Origin: Brevinema sp.
GTDB taxonomy: Bacteria; Spirochaetota; Brevinematia; Brevinematales; Brevinemataceae
Length of the DNA: 64,000 bases
Assembly (NCBI GenBank): GCA_051649245.1
Contig: JBOFGS010000012.1
Location: forward strand, 104,510-168,509
Direction of reading: 5' to 3'
Shown: positions 55,391-64,000 of the stretch, in pieces
How the letters are laid out: every line of letters starts with the position of its first letter
How positions within the stretch are numbered: the stretch's first letter is position 1
Program-made: the position numbers and the translations under genes
Notes under the pieces: model-generated
The model's database searches: none
Told to the model about the DNA's origin: nothing
Seen by the model: only the letters and a program-made list of their open reading frames with translations

Positions 55391-56494
55391 ATGGGATTTT
55401 CCTGTGGAATTGTTGGATTGCCAAATGTTGGTAAATCTACCCTTTTTAATGCATTAACTAAATCAGGTATTGCAAGTTCAAACTATCCTTTTTGTACTAT
55501 TGATCCCAATGTTGGTATTGTTAATGTGCCTGATGAGCGTCTTCAAATATTGTCCGATCTCTCAAGATCTAAAAAAATAATCCCCACAACTGTTGAATTT
55601 GTTGATATTGCAGGTCTTGTAGAGGGTGCGTCCAAAGGCGAAGGATTAGGAAATCAATTTTTATCTAATATCCGTGATACGGATGCGATTGTCATGATGA
55701 CACGTCTTTTTGATGATGAAGAAGTGATTCATGTTGCTGGTTCTGTGGATCCTGTACGAGATATTCAAATTATTCTTGATGAATTATCCTTAAAAGACCT
55801 TGAAACGATCCTCAATATTAAATCAAAACAAGAACGTCAAGCTAAAATTGGTAATAAAGACGCAAAAGAATTATTTGATCTTATGTGTATTTTAGAAAAT
55901 ACCTTAAGTGAAGGGAAATTACTTTATCAATGTCATACCTTAACTCCATCTCAACAAATCTTAACACATCATTATCGTTTTTTAACAAATAAGCCTATTT
56001 TATTAGTTGCTAATGTTGCGGAACATGAAGTAAATAATCCTTCGTCTAATATCCATTGGGATGCATTCACGAAAAAAGCAAAAGAACTCAACACAAAAGT
56101 TCTCCATTTATCAGCAAAAATCGAACAAGAAATTTCAGAGCTTGATGATGTCGAAGCAAGAGAATATATCCAAGAGCTTGGATGGGAAGATAGTGGTCTT
56201 AATCGTTTGATTAAAGCTGGGTATGAATTATTAGGATTGATTACATATCTGACGACAGGTGAAGTTGAAACAAGAGCATGGACGGTTAGGGACGGATCTC
56301 TTGCTCCGGAGGCTGCTGGAGTGATTCATTCCGATATGCAAAAAGGATTTATTCGTATGGAAACAGTGTCTTTTGATGATTTGGTGGCAGCGGGTTCTTG
56401 GGCTAAAGCGCGTGAAAAAGGAACACTGCGTCAAGAAGGAAAAGAGTATATTGTTAAAGATGGTGATGTTGCTAATTTCTTATTTAATAATTAA
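55391..56494 (+). CDS. ychF: Ribosome-binding ATPase YchF
   Basis: GIVGLPNVGKSTLFNALT, DIAGLVEGASKGEGLGNQFL and a C-terminal TGS-like domain (AAGVIHSDMQKGFIR). Confidence 0.95.
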   Translation: MGFSCGIVGLPNVGKSTLFNALTKSGIASSNYPFCTIDPNVGIVNVPDERLQILSDLSRSKKIIPTTVEFVDIAGLVEGASKGEGLGNQFLSNIRDTDAIVMMTRLFDDEEVIHVAGSVDPVRDIQIILDELSLKDLETILNIKSKQERQAKIGNKDAKELFDLMCILENTLSEGKLLYQCHTLTPSQQILTHHYRFLTNKPILLVANVAEHEVNNPSSNIHWDAFTKKAKELNTKVLHLSAKIEQEISELDDVEAREYIQELGWEDSGLNRLIKAGYELLGLITYLTTGEVETRAWTVRDGSLAPEAAGVIHSDMQKGFIRMETVSFDDLVAAGSWAKAREKGTLRQEGKEYIVKDGDVANFLFNN

Positions 56495-56505
56495 TCGAGG
56501 TTGTT

Positions 56506-57990
56506 ATGGATATGATGACTCTGTCTTTGATGTTTCTGGCAATGGTAGTAACAGCAATTCTTGGATATTATGTACTTCAGTTTTTATGGCCTCAACAAAA
56601 TCATGAATTGGAGATTGTATCGCTGTTTGATCAAGGGGAATTTGAAAAAATTATTTCGATAACGAGTAGCTTATCGAAATATTCTAATTATTTATCCATC
56701 ATACTTTATGGAGCAAGATCTAGGATTAAATGCGAACAATATCAAGATGCATTGATTTGGTTTGAACATGCCTTACTGAAGATTCCTTCGCACCATATAG
56801 ACGATAGAGTGTTTGTTGAACTCGAAATAGCTGATATTTATACAAAATTAAAACAATTTAATAAAGCCGATATACATTATCGAACTGCAGTTTCCTTGAA
56901 AGAAGACCATGTACTTGCAAATTATAAGCTCGCTTATTTACATTTTACTCAGAAAAATTTTGAATCATGCCGTACTATTTTACGAACACTTCTTAAAAAG
57001 AATCCTAAACTTGCTGATGCAAGACGTCTCTATGCAGAATGTTTGGTAGAACTTCATCTTTATCCAAAAGCTGTTCGGCAATATGGTTTACTAGCTCGTG
57101 CTGATGAAAAAATAGTTTCTTATAATTATGCAAAAGCGTTGAAAGCATTAAAAATTTATGAAAGAGCCGCAGAAGTTTATAAGATGCTCCTTGAACAAAA
57201 CTTATTTCCTGAACATAGAGAAGAAATGATCTGTGATTTGGCTGAATTATATGTAATCTTGAAACTTTATCCAAAAGGTTTAGGTTTGATTGAACAATCC
57301 TTACCAAACATAAAATCTACAGTAGCAAAAATTACATTACATTATATTCGTGCGAATCTTTTTTTTCAACGTGGTGATAAAATGATAGCACTTCAAGAAT
57401 ACAAAAATCTCCATGATCAAGCCCCAAATTATAAAGATTTAATAGCAATCCTTAATCTTTATGGAGAGTATTTGCAATATCCTTTTTTGTATCATTATTT
57501 TACATCAAATGAATCTCTTTTTGAACAACTAACTACGTCTATTGTTGGACGATCTTCTGTTATTCTTAAACGAGATTTGAATTATTATATTATTCAACGA
57601 GGTAATAATGTGCATCTGTTTTATCGAGATTTCTACAAGATACCGTCAAAATTACAGCATGAATTTGATCTTGTTATCAGGAGTCTTGAAGATATTGATT
57701 TTTTACATGTTTGGAGCTTGAATGGAATGGAAGGGCATTATTCTCTAACAGGATCATCTTATAGATGTGTTTTGAGAACAGGACAAGATTTTTTAATTAA
57801 TATTAAAGATATTGTTGCTAAATTAGAAATCCTCGAAGTACCTAAAAAAATAAGCTTTGTCCAAGGAGTACCAGATGCACCAGAGTTAGTTCCTATTGAA
57901 GACGAACATCGGCTTAAACAATTATTAAAAGATAAAAATTTAGAATCAATGATTAATGATGATATTTTGAATAGAGCTTTTGACAATTAA
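56506..57990 (+). CDS. Membrane-anchored TPR-repeat protein with an uncharacterised C-terminal domain
   Basis: N-terminal TM segment (LSLMFLAMVVTAILGYYVL). TPR-like repeats include YQDALIWFEHALL and FNKADIHYRTAVSL. The C-terminal ~170 aa are not recognised. Confidence 0.55.
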   Translation: MDMMTLSLMFLAMVVTAILGYYVLQFLWPQQNHELEIVSLFDQGEFEKIISITSSLSKYSNYLSIILYGARSRIKCEQYQDALIWFEHALLKIPSHHIDDRVFVELEIADIYTKLKQFNKADIHYRTAVSLKEDHVLANYKLAYLHFTQKNFESCRTILRTLLKKNPKLADARRLYAECLVELHLYPKAVRQYGLLARADEKIVSYNYAKALKALKIYERAAEVYKMLLEQNLFPEHREEMICDLAELYVILKLYPKGLGLIEQSLPNIKSTVAKITLHYIRANLFFQRGDKMIALQEYKNLHDQAPNYKDLIAILNLYGEYLQYPFLYHYFTSNESLFEQLTTSIVGRSSVILKRDLNYYIIQRGNNVHLFYRDFYKIPSKLQHEFDLVIRSLEDIDFLHVWSLNGMEGHYSLTGSSYRCVLRTGQDFLINIKDIVAKLEILEVPKKISFVQGVPDAPELVPIEDEHRLKQLLKDKNLESMINDDILNRAFDN

Positions 57991-58000
57991 AGGAGCTATT

Positions 58001-59089
58001 ATGCGTATGATTATTGGCGGCGGCGGTACTGGAGGGCATTTAGTTCCGGGTATTGCATTATCTCAAGAATTTAAATCCCAAGGACATGATATCCGTTATA
58101 TTTTAAGGACACAAGATTTATCATATGATATTACAACATTTCTTCAAGAAGAAGAAAAAATCACGGTATCATTATCAGGAATTTCACGAAAGATTTCTTT
58201 AGGATCTTTAAAAAATATTTGGTCCTTATTTATTCAATGGATTAAAGTATTTCGTCAGATTTACAAATTTAATCCTGATGTGATGATTGTGACTGGTGGT
58301 TATGTATCTAATATTGTTGGATTATCTGCAGTATTAATGAGAAAACCGTTGTATATTTTGGAACAAAATAGTGCGGCTGGAGTAACCAATCGTTTTTGGA
58401 GTAAGTTTGCTGTTAAAGTTTTTTCAACTTTCCCTCTTCCACAATATATTAAGAAAAAAAAGATTTATTATACAGGAAATCCTCTGCTTTTTAAAGAACA
58501 ACTTTCTGTGGAAGACGCAAAAGATATTTTTGAACTACCAAATAATGATAAAAAAATAATTGGGATCTCCGGTGGATCTCAAGGTGCAAAATTTATTAAT
58601 GAGATTGTATTAAAAATACTACCTCAATTAATCGCACAAAATTATCAAGTTATTTGGAGCTTAGGCACCAAAGAATATGATAGAATGATGTTAGAACAAA
58701 AATTAGCTTTTTTATCGGAGGAGCCTTTTAAAGATAATGTTCGGGTGTATCGTTTTATTGCTCGAATGGATGCTTTTTGGTCTGGATCAAGTATCGTGTT
58801 GGCTAGATCAGGAGCAGGAACAGTTTCTGAAGCATTATTTTTTAAAACTCCCACTCTTTTTGTTCCTATACATAATTCGCCTGATAATCATCAATATTTG
58901 AATGCTAAATTTTTAGCTGATTTGAATTGTTCTTGTATCTTAGAAGAACCTATCCTGACTGATGAAAAATTATTAGCTACAATGTTAATTATGTTAGATC
59001 ATGCTGAAGAACTAAAACAATATTTTCCAAAACATGAACAAGAACCAGCAAAAATGATCGCTGATTATATTATTAAATCCATTTTTTAG
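58001..59089 (+). CDS. murG: Undecaprenyldiphospho-muramoylpentapeptide beta-N-acetylglucosaminyltransferase
   Basis: MRMIIGGGGTGGHLVPGIAL, GGSQGA and ARSGAGTVSE. I chose the ATG at 58001, 5 nt after AGGAG; the track start is a TTG. Confidence 0.85.
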   Translation: MRMIIGGGGTGGHLVPGIALSQEFKSQGHDIRYILRTQDLSYDITTFLQEEEKITVSLSGISRKISLGSLKNIWSLFIQWIKVFRQIYKFNPDVMIVTGGYVSNIVGLSAVLMRKPLYILEQNSAAGVTNRFWSKFAVKVFSTFPLPQYIKKKKIYYTGNPLLFKEQLSVEDAKDIFELPNNDKKIIGISGGSQGAKFINEIVLKILPQLIAQNYQVIWSLGTKEYDRMMLEQKLAFLSEEPFKDNVRVYRFIARMDAFWSGSSIVLARSGAGTVSEALFFKTPTLFVPIHNSPDNHQYLNAKFLADLNCSCILEEPILTDEKLLATMLIMLDHAEELKQYFPKHEQEPAKMIADYIIKSIF

Positions 59090-61790
59090 CTTCATTACTG
59101 TCAGGATATTGTGTTGTCAGTCTATCAATAAATTTCTGTACGTTTTCGCTATCGTTTAAAATAGCATATGTCATAATAATATTATCTAATGCCTTAGGTG
59201 TATATTTTTCATCATATTGAGAAATAATATTAATATATAACCTAAGGCTTTTTTTGTATTTATTTTGTTTATTGTATATTGAAGCTGCTTTGAATGCGGA
59301 TTGAGGTCCTGTCACAGAATCTGTTAATTTATGAGTATCCAAAAAAATCTGTAAGGCTTCGTCCCATTTTTCTTCATTTTCAAATTTTGTTCCAAGCATT
59401 AATAAATATCGTGAACGTAGAGATAAATCACTAGTATTTCGGATCGCAATATCCAATTCTTCTATTGATGAATTAGGAGAATATTTTTTTTCTAAATAAT
59501 TTCTAATGGTCTCTGCTTCAGATGAATGAGGATACTTAGCTAAAATAATATACTTTAGTTGATCATCTTTTTTAAGTTCTGATAATTTATACATCACACT
59601 TGGAATTGAGTGATGAGAAGGATAAGTATCTAAAAAATTTTGTAATTTTATGATCGTTTCTGGTTTTTGTGCTTCTACATATCCCCATGTTTCTCGGAAT
59701 GATGCATCCATAATGACATCTTTATTTTTAGAGTAAATAGGAATTTGTTGATAATGGTAGATTGCTTGATCAAATTTTTTATCTGTGAAATATGAATCAC
59801 CAATTTTTGAATGGAGATCAACAAATATCATTCCATTTGAAAATTGTTCTTTTAATGTTTCTAAAATTGCAGTAGCTTTGTCAAGTTCTTTAATTTCAAT
59901 ATAACTACTAATGATTTCATTCCAAATTAATTCTTGTAAATTTGTTTGTGTACTTTTTTTCATACTAGACAGATATTTTTCATATTGTTTGATCGCTTCT
60001 TTATGACGTTCTAAGTTTCTTAGAGTTGATCCTTCAGCTAAAAATAATTCTGTTTTTCGTTCTTTATTTTTTGTCAGTTCACCTGCTTCTTGAAATAAGG
60101 GTAACGCTTTTGCGTATTCTTTCGTGCGAAAAAAACTACGTGCATGGAGTTCTTTAAATTCAGATAGAATTTCTTTATTGTCTGTTTTGATACTCGACAA
60201 GTCTAAAATGTTTTGAAAATTTTCTGCTTTAAATGAAAGTTTTGCCAAAGCAAGCACACTATCAGGATATAATGGTGATGTAGAGAATGTATTGGTAAAT
60301 GTGGAAAAATTGTCCATTGCTTTTTTATGTTCTCGTAAGTTATACCTTGTTGCTCCTGCAAAATATAATGCTTGAGCTGATTCCAGAGCTTTCGGCCATT
60401 TTTGCCACACCTGATCATAATATTCTAATGAACGCACGGGTTCATCTTTGCTGTAAGTTCTTCCTAATCCAAGTAACGCATTACGCTTTAATTGATCATT
60501 TTTAGAATATCTTATAATCTGCTGAAAATAGGAACGAGCTTTTGAGAGATCATTGAGATTAGCATAAGAATGACCAAGAAAAATAGCGATCTCTTCATTT
60601 TTTTGACTTTGTGGTTCTCGTATCAAGTATTCATCAAAATTTTGAATGCTTTTTTTAAACTCTTTATCTGCCATATAGCTCTTACCAAGCCAATAAAGTG
60701 CCTCATTGGCATAAGAACTGTAAGGAAATTCACGTTGAATTCTATTTGCTGTTCGTCTTGTTGACGTAGTGTCGCCTTTGATGTAGTATACCTCTGCAAT
60801 TTTTAATAGTGCCAATGCTTTTCTTGTGCCTGTAAAACCACTTTCAAACAAATAATATTTTAAAGCATTATCATAATTTTTAAGTGCTATATCTACAGTA
60901 GCAAGCTCAGCTTTAGCTCTATCAATATAACGAGAATTTCGATGGTAGTTAATGAGTTTAGTTAGCAAACGATGGGCATTGGTAAAATCTTGATTTAGTT
61001 TATAAATAAGTGCAGATTTGTAAAGAGCTTCATCTTGGAAACGATTTACTTTGTTTGCAAGTGGTAAAAAATATTTTTGAGCTTCTTGATAATTTTGTTC
61101 TGAAAGTTCTATTTCAGCAATCAAACGTTGTACTTTATCATTTGTGTTGTGTTCTAATATTTTGACCACATATTCTTTTGCTGCAGTTGGATGGAAATGA
61201 TTAAATTGATATAAAGCATATAAGTAATGTAATTCTTGACGATAAGGAGAATTTGGATAAGAGATTTCAAAATTGGTCATCAATTTTGAAATCTCTGTAT
61301 TTTTATTAAGAGATTTTTTATGATCAGATAAATAAAATGCTATTAGTTTTGCTTGAGCGATTTCTTTAAAGGATGTATTTGTGTTGTCGATGATTATTTG
61401 TTTTAGATAAAATTCTGCATTTACTAAATCATTGTTTGTTATTGCGATATTTGCCAAATCAAGAAAAGCGCGTTGCTTGATTAAAATATTGGTAGATTCT
61501 GACAAAGGAATGAGCTGGCTTTTTGCTTCAGACAAGTGATTTATTTGATAGAGAGAATGACCTTTTAACCATTGTAGTTCTTCACGGATAGGATTTTGTT
61601 GAGTTTTAAAGTACATAGATAATTCTGTATTTAAAAGAGAAAATCGCCCTTGTTCAAATAAAGAAAGAAAGTGATTTCTTTCTTCCTGATGCAAGAGCTG
61701 TTTTATTGCAAACGCTTGATTTACAAAAGTTTCACTGTATCCAACGAAAGGGATACTCAGAAAAAAGATAAAAAAAAATAAAATTTTCAT
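59073..61790 (-). CDS. Large exported TPR-repeat protein (905 aa)
   Basis: Signal peptide MKILFFFIFFLSIPFVGYS. Dozens of TPR-like A/Y/L helical hairpins run through the protein. Its 3' end overlaps the murG 3' end by 17 nt. Confidence 0.7.
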   Translation of the reverse strand: MKILFFFIFFLSIPFVGYSETFVNQAFAIKQLLHQEERNHFLSLFEQGRFSLLNTELSMYFKTQQNPIREELQWLKGHSLYQINHLSEAKSQLIPLSESTNILIKQRAFLDLANIAITNNDLVNAEFYLKQIIIDNTNTSFKEIAQAKLIAFYLSDHKKSLNKNTEISKLMTNFEISYPNSPYRQELHYLYALYQFNHFHPTAAKEYVVKILEHNTNDKVQRLIAEIELSEQNYQEAQKYFLPLANKVNRFQDEALYKSALIYKLNQDFTNAHRLLTKLINYHRNSRYIDRAKAELATVDIALKNYDNALKYYLFESGFTGTRKALALLKIAEVYYIKGDTTSTRRTANRIQREFPYSSYANEALYWLGKSYMADKEFKKSIQNFDEYLIREPQSQKNEEIAIFLGHSYANLNDLSKARSYFQQIIRYSKNDQLKRNALLGLGRTYSKDEPVRSLEYYDQVWQKWPKALESAQALYFAGATRYNLREHKKAMDNFSTFTNTFSTSPLYPDSVLALAKLSFKAENFQNILDLSSIKTDNKEILSEFKELHARSFFRTKEYAKALPLFQEAGELTKNKERKTELFLAEGSTLRNLERHKEAIKQYEKYLSSMKKSTQTNLQELIWNEIISSYIEIKELDKATAILETLKEQFSNGMIFVDLHSKIGDSYFTDKKFDQAIYHYQQIPIYSKNKDVIMDASFRETWGYVEAQKPETIIKLQNFLDTYPSHHSIPSVMYKLSELKKDDQLKYIILAKYPHSSEAETIRNYLEKKYSPNSSIEELDIAIRNTSDLSLRSRYLLMLGTKFENEEKWDEALQIFLDTHKLTDSVTGPQSAFKAASIYNKQNKYKKSLRLYINIISQYDEKYTPKALDNIIMTYAILNDSENVQKFIDRLTTQYPDSNEAKKWI

Positions 61791-61875
61791 AGCATTTTCT
61801 ATTATAATAAATTATAATTTATTATATAATATTTTTTGTTTTTAATCAATCATCGATAATTAAGGAGTGATTTTT

Positions 61876-64000
61876 ATGAGCAAAGAACGTTTACTAGAGT
61901 TAAGAAACATTATTACGCATCATAATAAAGCATATTATTTGTACGATGCTCCTGAAATCAGTGACGCAGAATATGATATTTTATTTAGAGAATTATTGGC
62001 ATTGGAACAACAATACCCTGAGATGTATACATTGGATTCACCTGCATTAAAAGTAGGCACTGCCCCTCTTTCTTCTTTTCCTACACAAAAACATCGCTAT
62101 CGTATGTATAGTCTAGAAAATGCGATGAACGATGAAGAATTTCTTAATTTTTTCCATAATATTACTAATGTATCTGTTGCTTCTCTTGCTACTCCCAGTA
62201 TTGTGTTAGAATACAAATTTGATGGTTTAGCGATAGAACTTGTTTATAGAGATGGTGTATTGGTAGAAGCATCGACACGTGGTGATGGAGAATTTGGAGA
62301 GCTTGTTACAGAAAATATTCGTACGATTAAAAACATACCTCTACGTCTTGAAGGCAATTATCCTGAAGAACTAGTTGTTTATGGTGAAGTTTTGATGCTC
62401 AAAGAAGAATTCCAAAAACTTAATCAACAACGACAAGCTAAAGGGGAAAAAGAATTTGCAAATCCAAGAAATGCGGCTGCAGGAAGTATCAGATTACTTG
62501 ATTCCCGACAAACAGCACAGAGAAATTTATTTTTCTACGCCTATGACTGCCGTACTGAAGACAAATTATCCGATATTGGTTTGATTAATGCTCATACGTC
62601 TCGTATGGATCTTATTCAATCGATGGGATTTCAAATTTCTCCAGAACGTAAGATTGTTGATCCTGGAACTTTACATCAAGCATTTGAATATTATCAATCA
62701 ATTATTGCAAAACGCAGTTCTCTGCCTTTTGAGATTGATGGTCTTGTTGCAAAAGCGATTTTAGATGAAACTCGCGAAGAATTAGGCTATTCCGAACGTA
62801 CCCCAAAATGGGCTATTGCTTGGAAATTTGAAGCAGAAGAAACACAAACCACATTACTAGATGTTGAATATGAGGTAGGACGTACCGGAGCATTAACTCC
62901 TGTCGCTATACTCGAAGCTGTTGAGCTTGCTGGTGTAACCATTTCACGGGCAAGTCTACATAATTTTGATTATATTGCTGAAAATGATTTCAGAAAGGGT
63001 GATATTGTTATTGTTAAAAGAGCCGGTGACGTGATTCCTTTTGTTGTGAGACCTGTTATTGAAAAAAGACCTGCATCTGCTGAAAAAATTGTAGAACCTA
63101 AACAATGTCCTATCTGTGGACGAATGCCAGAGCGTGACAAAACGGCACTTGATGAAGAAACTCGAGTTCTTCGTTGTGTCAATACATCTTGTCGTGGATC
63201 TATAAAAGCTCGTTTAAAGTATTTTGTATCAAAACAAGGCCTCGATATCGATGGATTTGGTGATAGGCTGGTAGATATTTTATTTGATCAAGGATTCTTA
63301 GGATCTCCAGAAAATTCTTATATCGATTCTTTTGCAGCTGTTTTCAAATTAAAAGAGCATAGGGATGTGTTGATTGCTATAGATGGATTTGGTGAGAAAA
63401 GTATAGAAACCTTGTTGATGCAGATTGATCAGAAAAGAAATCCCACATTATCTCAATTTATTCAATCACTTGGTATCCGTAATATCGGTACTGTTTCATC
63501 AAACAAATTAGCAAAGAAATTTATTAAACTTGATGAGTTTTTTGATGTTTATGATCAATATGGATTGGAGTTTCAGAAATTAACCCAAATTCATCACGCT
63601 CGTAATGAAATCAAAGCATTACAACTACAAAAAAAAGCATTAGAACATGAACCTTTACCAAATGACTACGAAGATCTTTTTTCACATAACCAAAAAAAAG
63701 ATGAAAAAACAATTTTTTCAAACTATAAAAAACAATTAGATCAAAAGATCGCTCAACATCGAAAGATCGAGAGCGGATTAGTGGAAGAATTGATTTTAGG
63801 TGTGAATGCTACGGAAGAATTGGTTAAATTTTTTAGTGACGAAAGATCGCAAAAAGAACTCCGAGAAATTATCAATGCCGGTGTCTCTGTTCAGGATAAT
63901 AAACCTCGAGTAACTTTTGATACTACGGAATTTTTTGGTAAGCGAATTTTGGTTACTGGAAAATCACTCAACCTTCCTTCTCGTCAAATGGTGAAAGAAT
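61876..64000 (+). CDS. ligA: NAD-dependent DNA ligase LigA (C-terminus beyond the right window edge)
   Basis: Not in the ORF track because there is no stop in the window. Hand translation gives MSKERLLELRNIITHHNKAYYLYDAPEISDAEYD, the adenylation lysine in LEYKFDG, the Zn finger CPICG...RCVNTSC, HhH repeats and the BRCT start GKRILVTGK. AAGGAG lies 8 nt before the ATG. Confidence 0.9.
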   Translation, partial: MSKERLLELRNIITHHNKAYYLYDAPEISDAEYDILFRELLALEQQYPEMYTLDSPALKVGTAPLSSFPTQKHRYRMYSLENAMNDEEFLNFFHNITNVSVASLATPSIVLEYKFDGLAIELVYRDGVLVEASTRGDGEFGELVTENIRTIKNIPLRLEGNYPEELVVYGEVLMLKEEFQKLNQQRQAKGEKEFANPRNAAAGSIRLLDSRQTAQRNLFFYAYDCRTEDKLSDIGLINAHTSRMDLIQSMGFQISPERKIVDPGTLHQAFEYYQSIIAKRSSLPFEIDGLVAKAILDETREELGYSERTPKWAIAWKFEAEETQTTLLDVEYEVGRTGALTPVAILEAVELAGVTISRASLHNFDYIAENDFRKGDIVIVKRAGDVIPFVVRPVIEKRPASAEKIVEPKQCPICGRMPERDKTALDEETRVLRCVNTSCRGSIKARLKYFVSKQGLDIDGFGDRLVDILFDQGFLGSPENSYIDSFAAVFKLKEHRDVLIAIDGFGEKSIETLLMQIDQKRNPTLSQFIQSLGIRNIGTVSSNKLAKKFIKLDEFFDVYDQYGLEFQKLTQIHHARNEIKALQLQKKALEHEPLPNDYEDLFSHNQKKDEKTIFSNYKKQLDQKIAQHRKIESGLVEELILGVNATEELVKFFSDERSQKELREIINAGVSVQDNKPRVTFDTTEFFGKRILVTGKSLNLPSRQMVKE

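Noticed and set aside
56506-57990. C-terminal ~170 aa of the membrane-anchored TPR protein as a possible degenerate PD-(D/E)xK / Mrr-like nuclease domain (FEQLTTSIVG...HLFYRDFYK...).
   Set aside because: This rests only on a vague spacing resemblance. I could not identify catalytic D/E-x-K residues with confidence.
59073-59089. 17-nt overlap of the convergent 3' ends of murG and the 905-aa TPR gene, with no terminator between them.
   Set aside because: The overlap is real in the sequence but is a common compact-genome arrangement. I see nothing to suggest a regulatory role.

Overview
This is a strongly AT-rich, gene-dense bacterial chromosomal segment with most genes on the minus strand. The cheR-cheB-cheA-cheW-cheX-cheY order, the many exported ankyrin-repeat proteins and the TPR lipoproteins suggest a low-GC spirochaete-like organism, but I cannot name the species. 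I support 53 protein-coding genes. Two are cut by the window edges and are absent from the ORF track: mutS2 on the left and ligA on the right. There are 4 tRNAs (Asn-GTT, Lys-TTT, Gly-TCC, Thr-TGT). I saw no rRNA, CRISPR array, transposase, integrase or phage genes. Housekeeping content includes glgC, sdaA, a ROK sugar kinase, a phosphohexomutase, trmI, xseA, rpmE, yqeK, queH, a dus gene, tsaD, yajC-secD-secF, glyS, plsY, ychF, murG and ligA. Many sigma70-like promoters and hairpin terminators are readable directly, and several ORF-track starts were moved to downstream ATGs with better Shine-Dalgarno support. All functional calls come from motif recognition by eye; no searches were run. The most interesting observations, roughly in order of interest: (1) A 0.9 kb ORF-free region next to tRNA-Thr holds a promoter-proximal set of nested stems forming a three-way junction (candidate novel structured RNA). 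It also holds a separate promoter-to-terminator small-RNA candidate and a degenerate inverted copy of the tRNA-Thr flank. (2) A 6.4 kb islet bounded by tRNA-Gly and tRNA-Thr encodes four exported ankyrin-repeat proteins. (3) A three-gene minus-strand module pairs an Rx4H (HEPN-like) protein, by an ATGA overlap, with an SpsF-like cytidylyltransferase, followed by a membrane-anchored protein. (4) SbcD (Mre11-like) and SbcC (Rad50-like) are fused into one 1285-aa polypeptide. (5) The chemotaxis operon opens with an unrecognisable gene and is followed by three exported proteins, and two tandem six-TM chemoreceptors have divergent signalling tips. (6) A 74-bp perfect palindrome lies between convergent genes. 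(7) A PseG-like / zinc-ribbon / methyltransferase fusion sits inside a tsaD-dus operon. (8) An identical 12-nt extended -35 element is shared by all three tRNA promoters.
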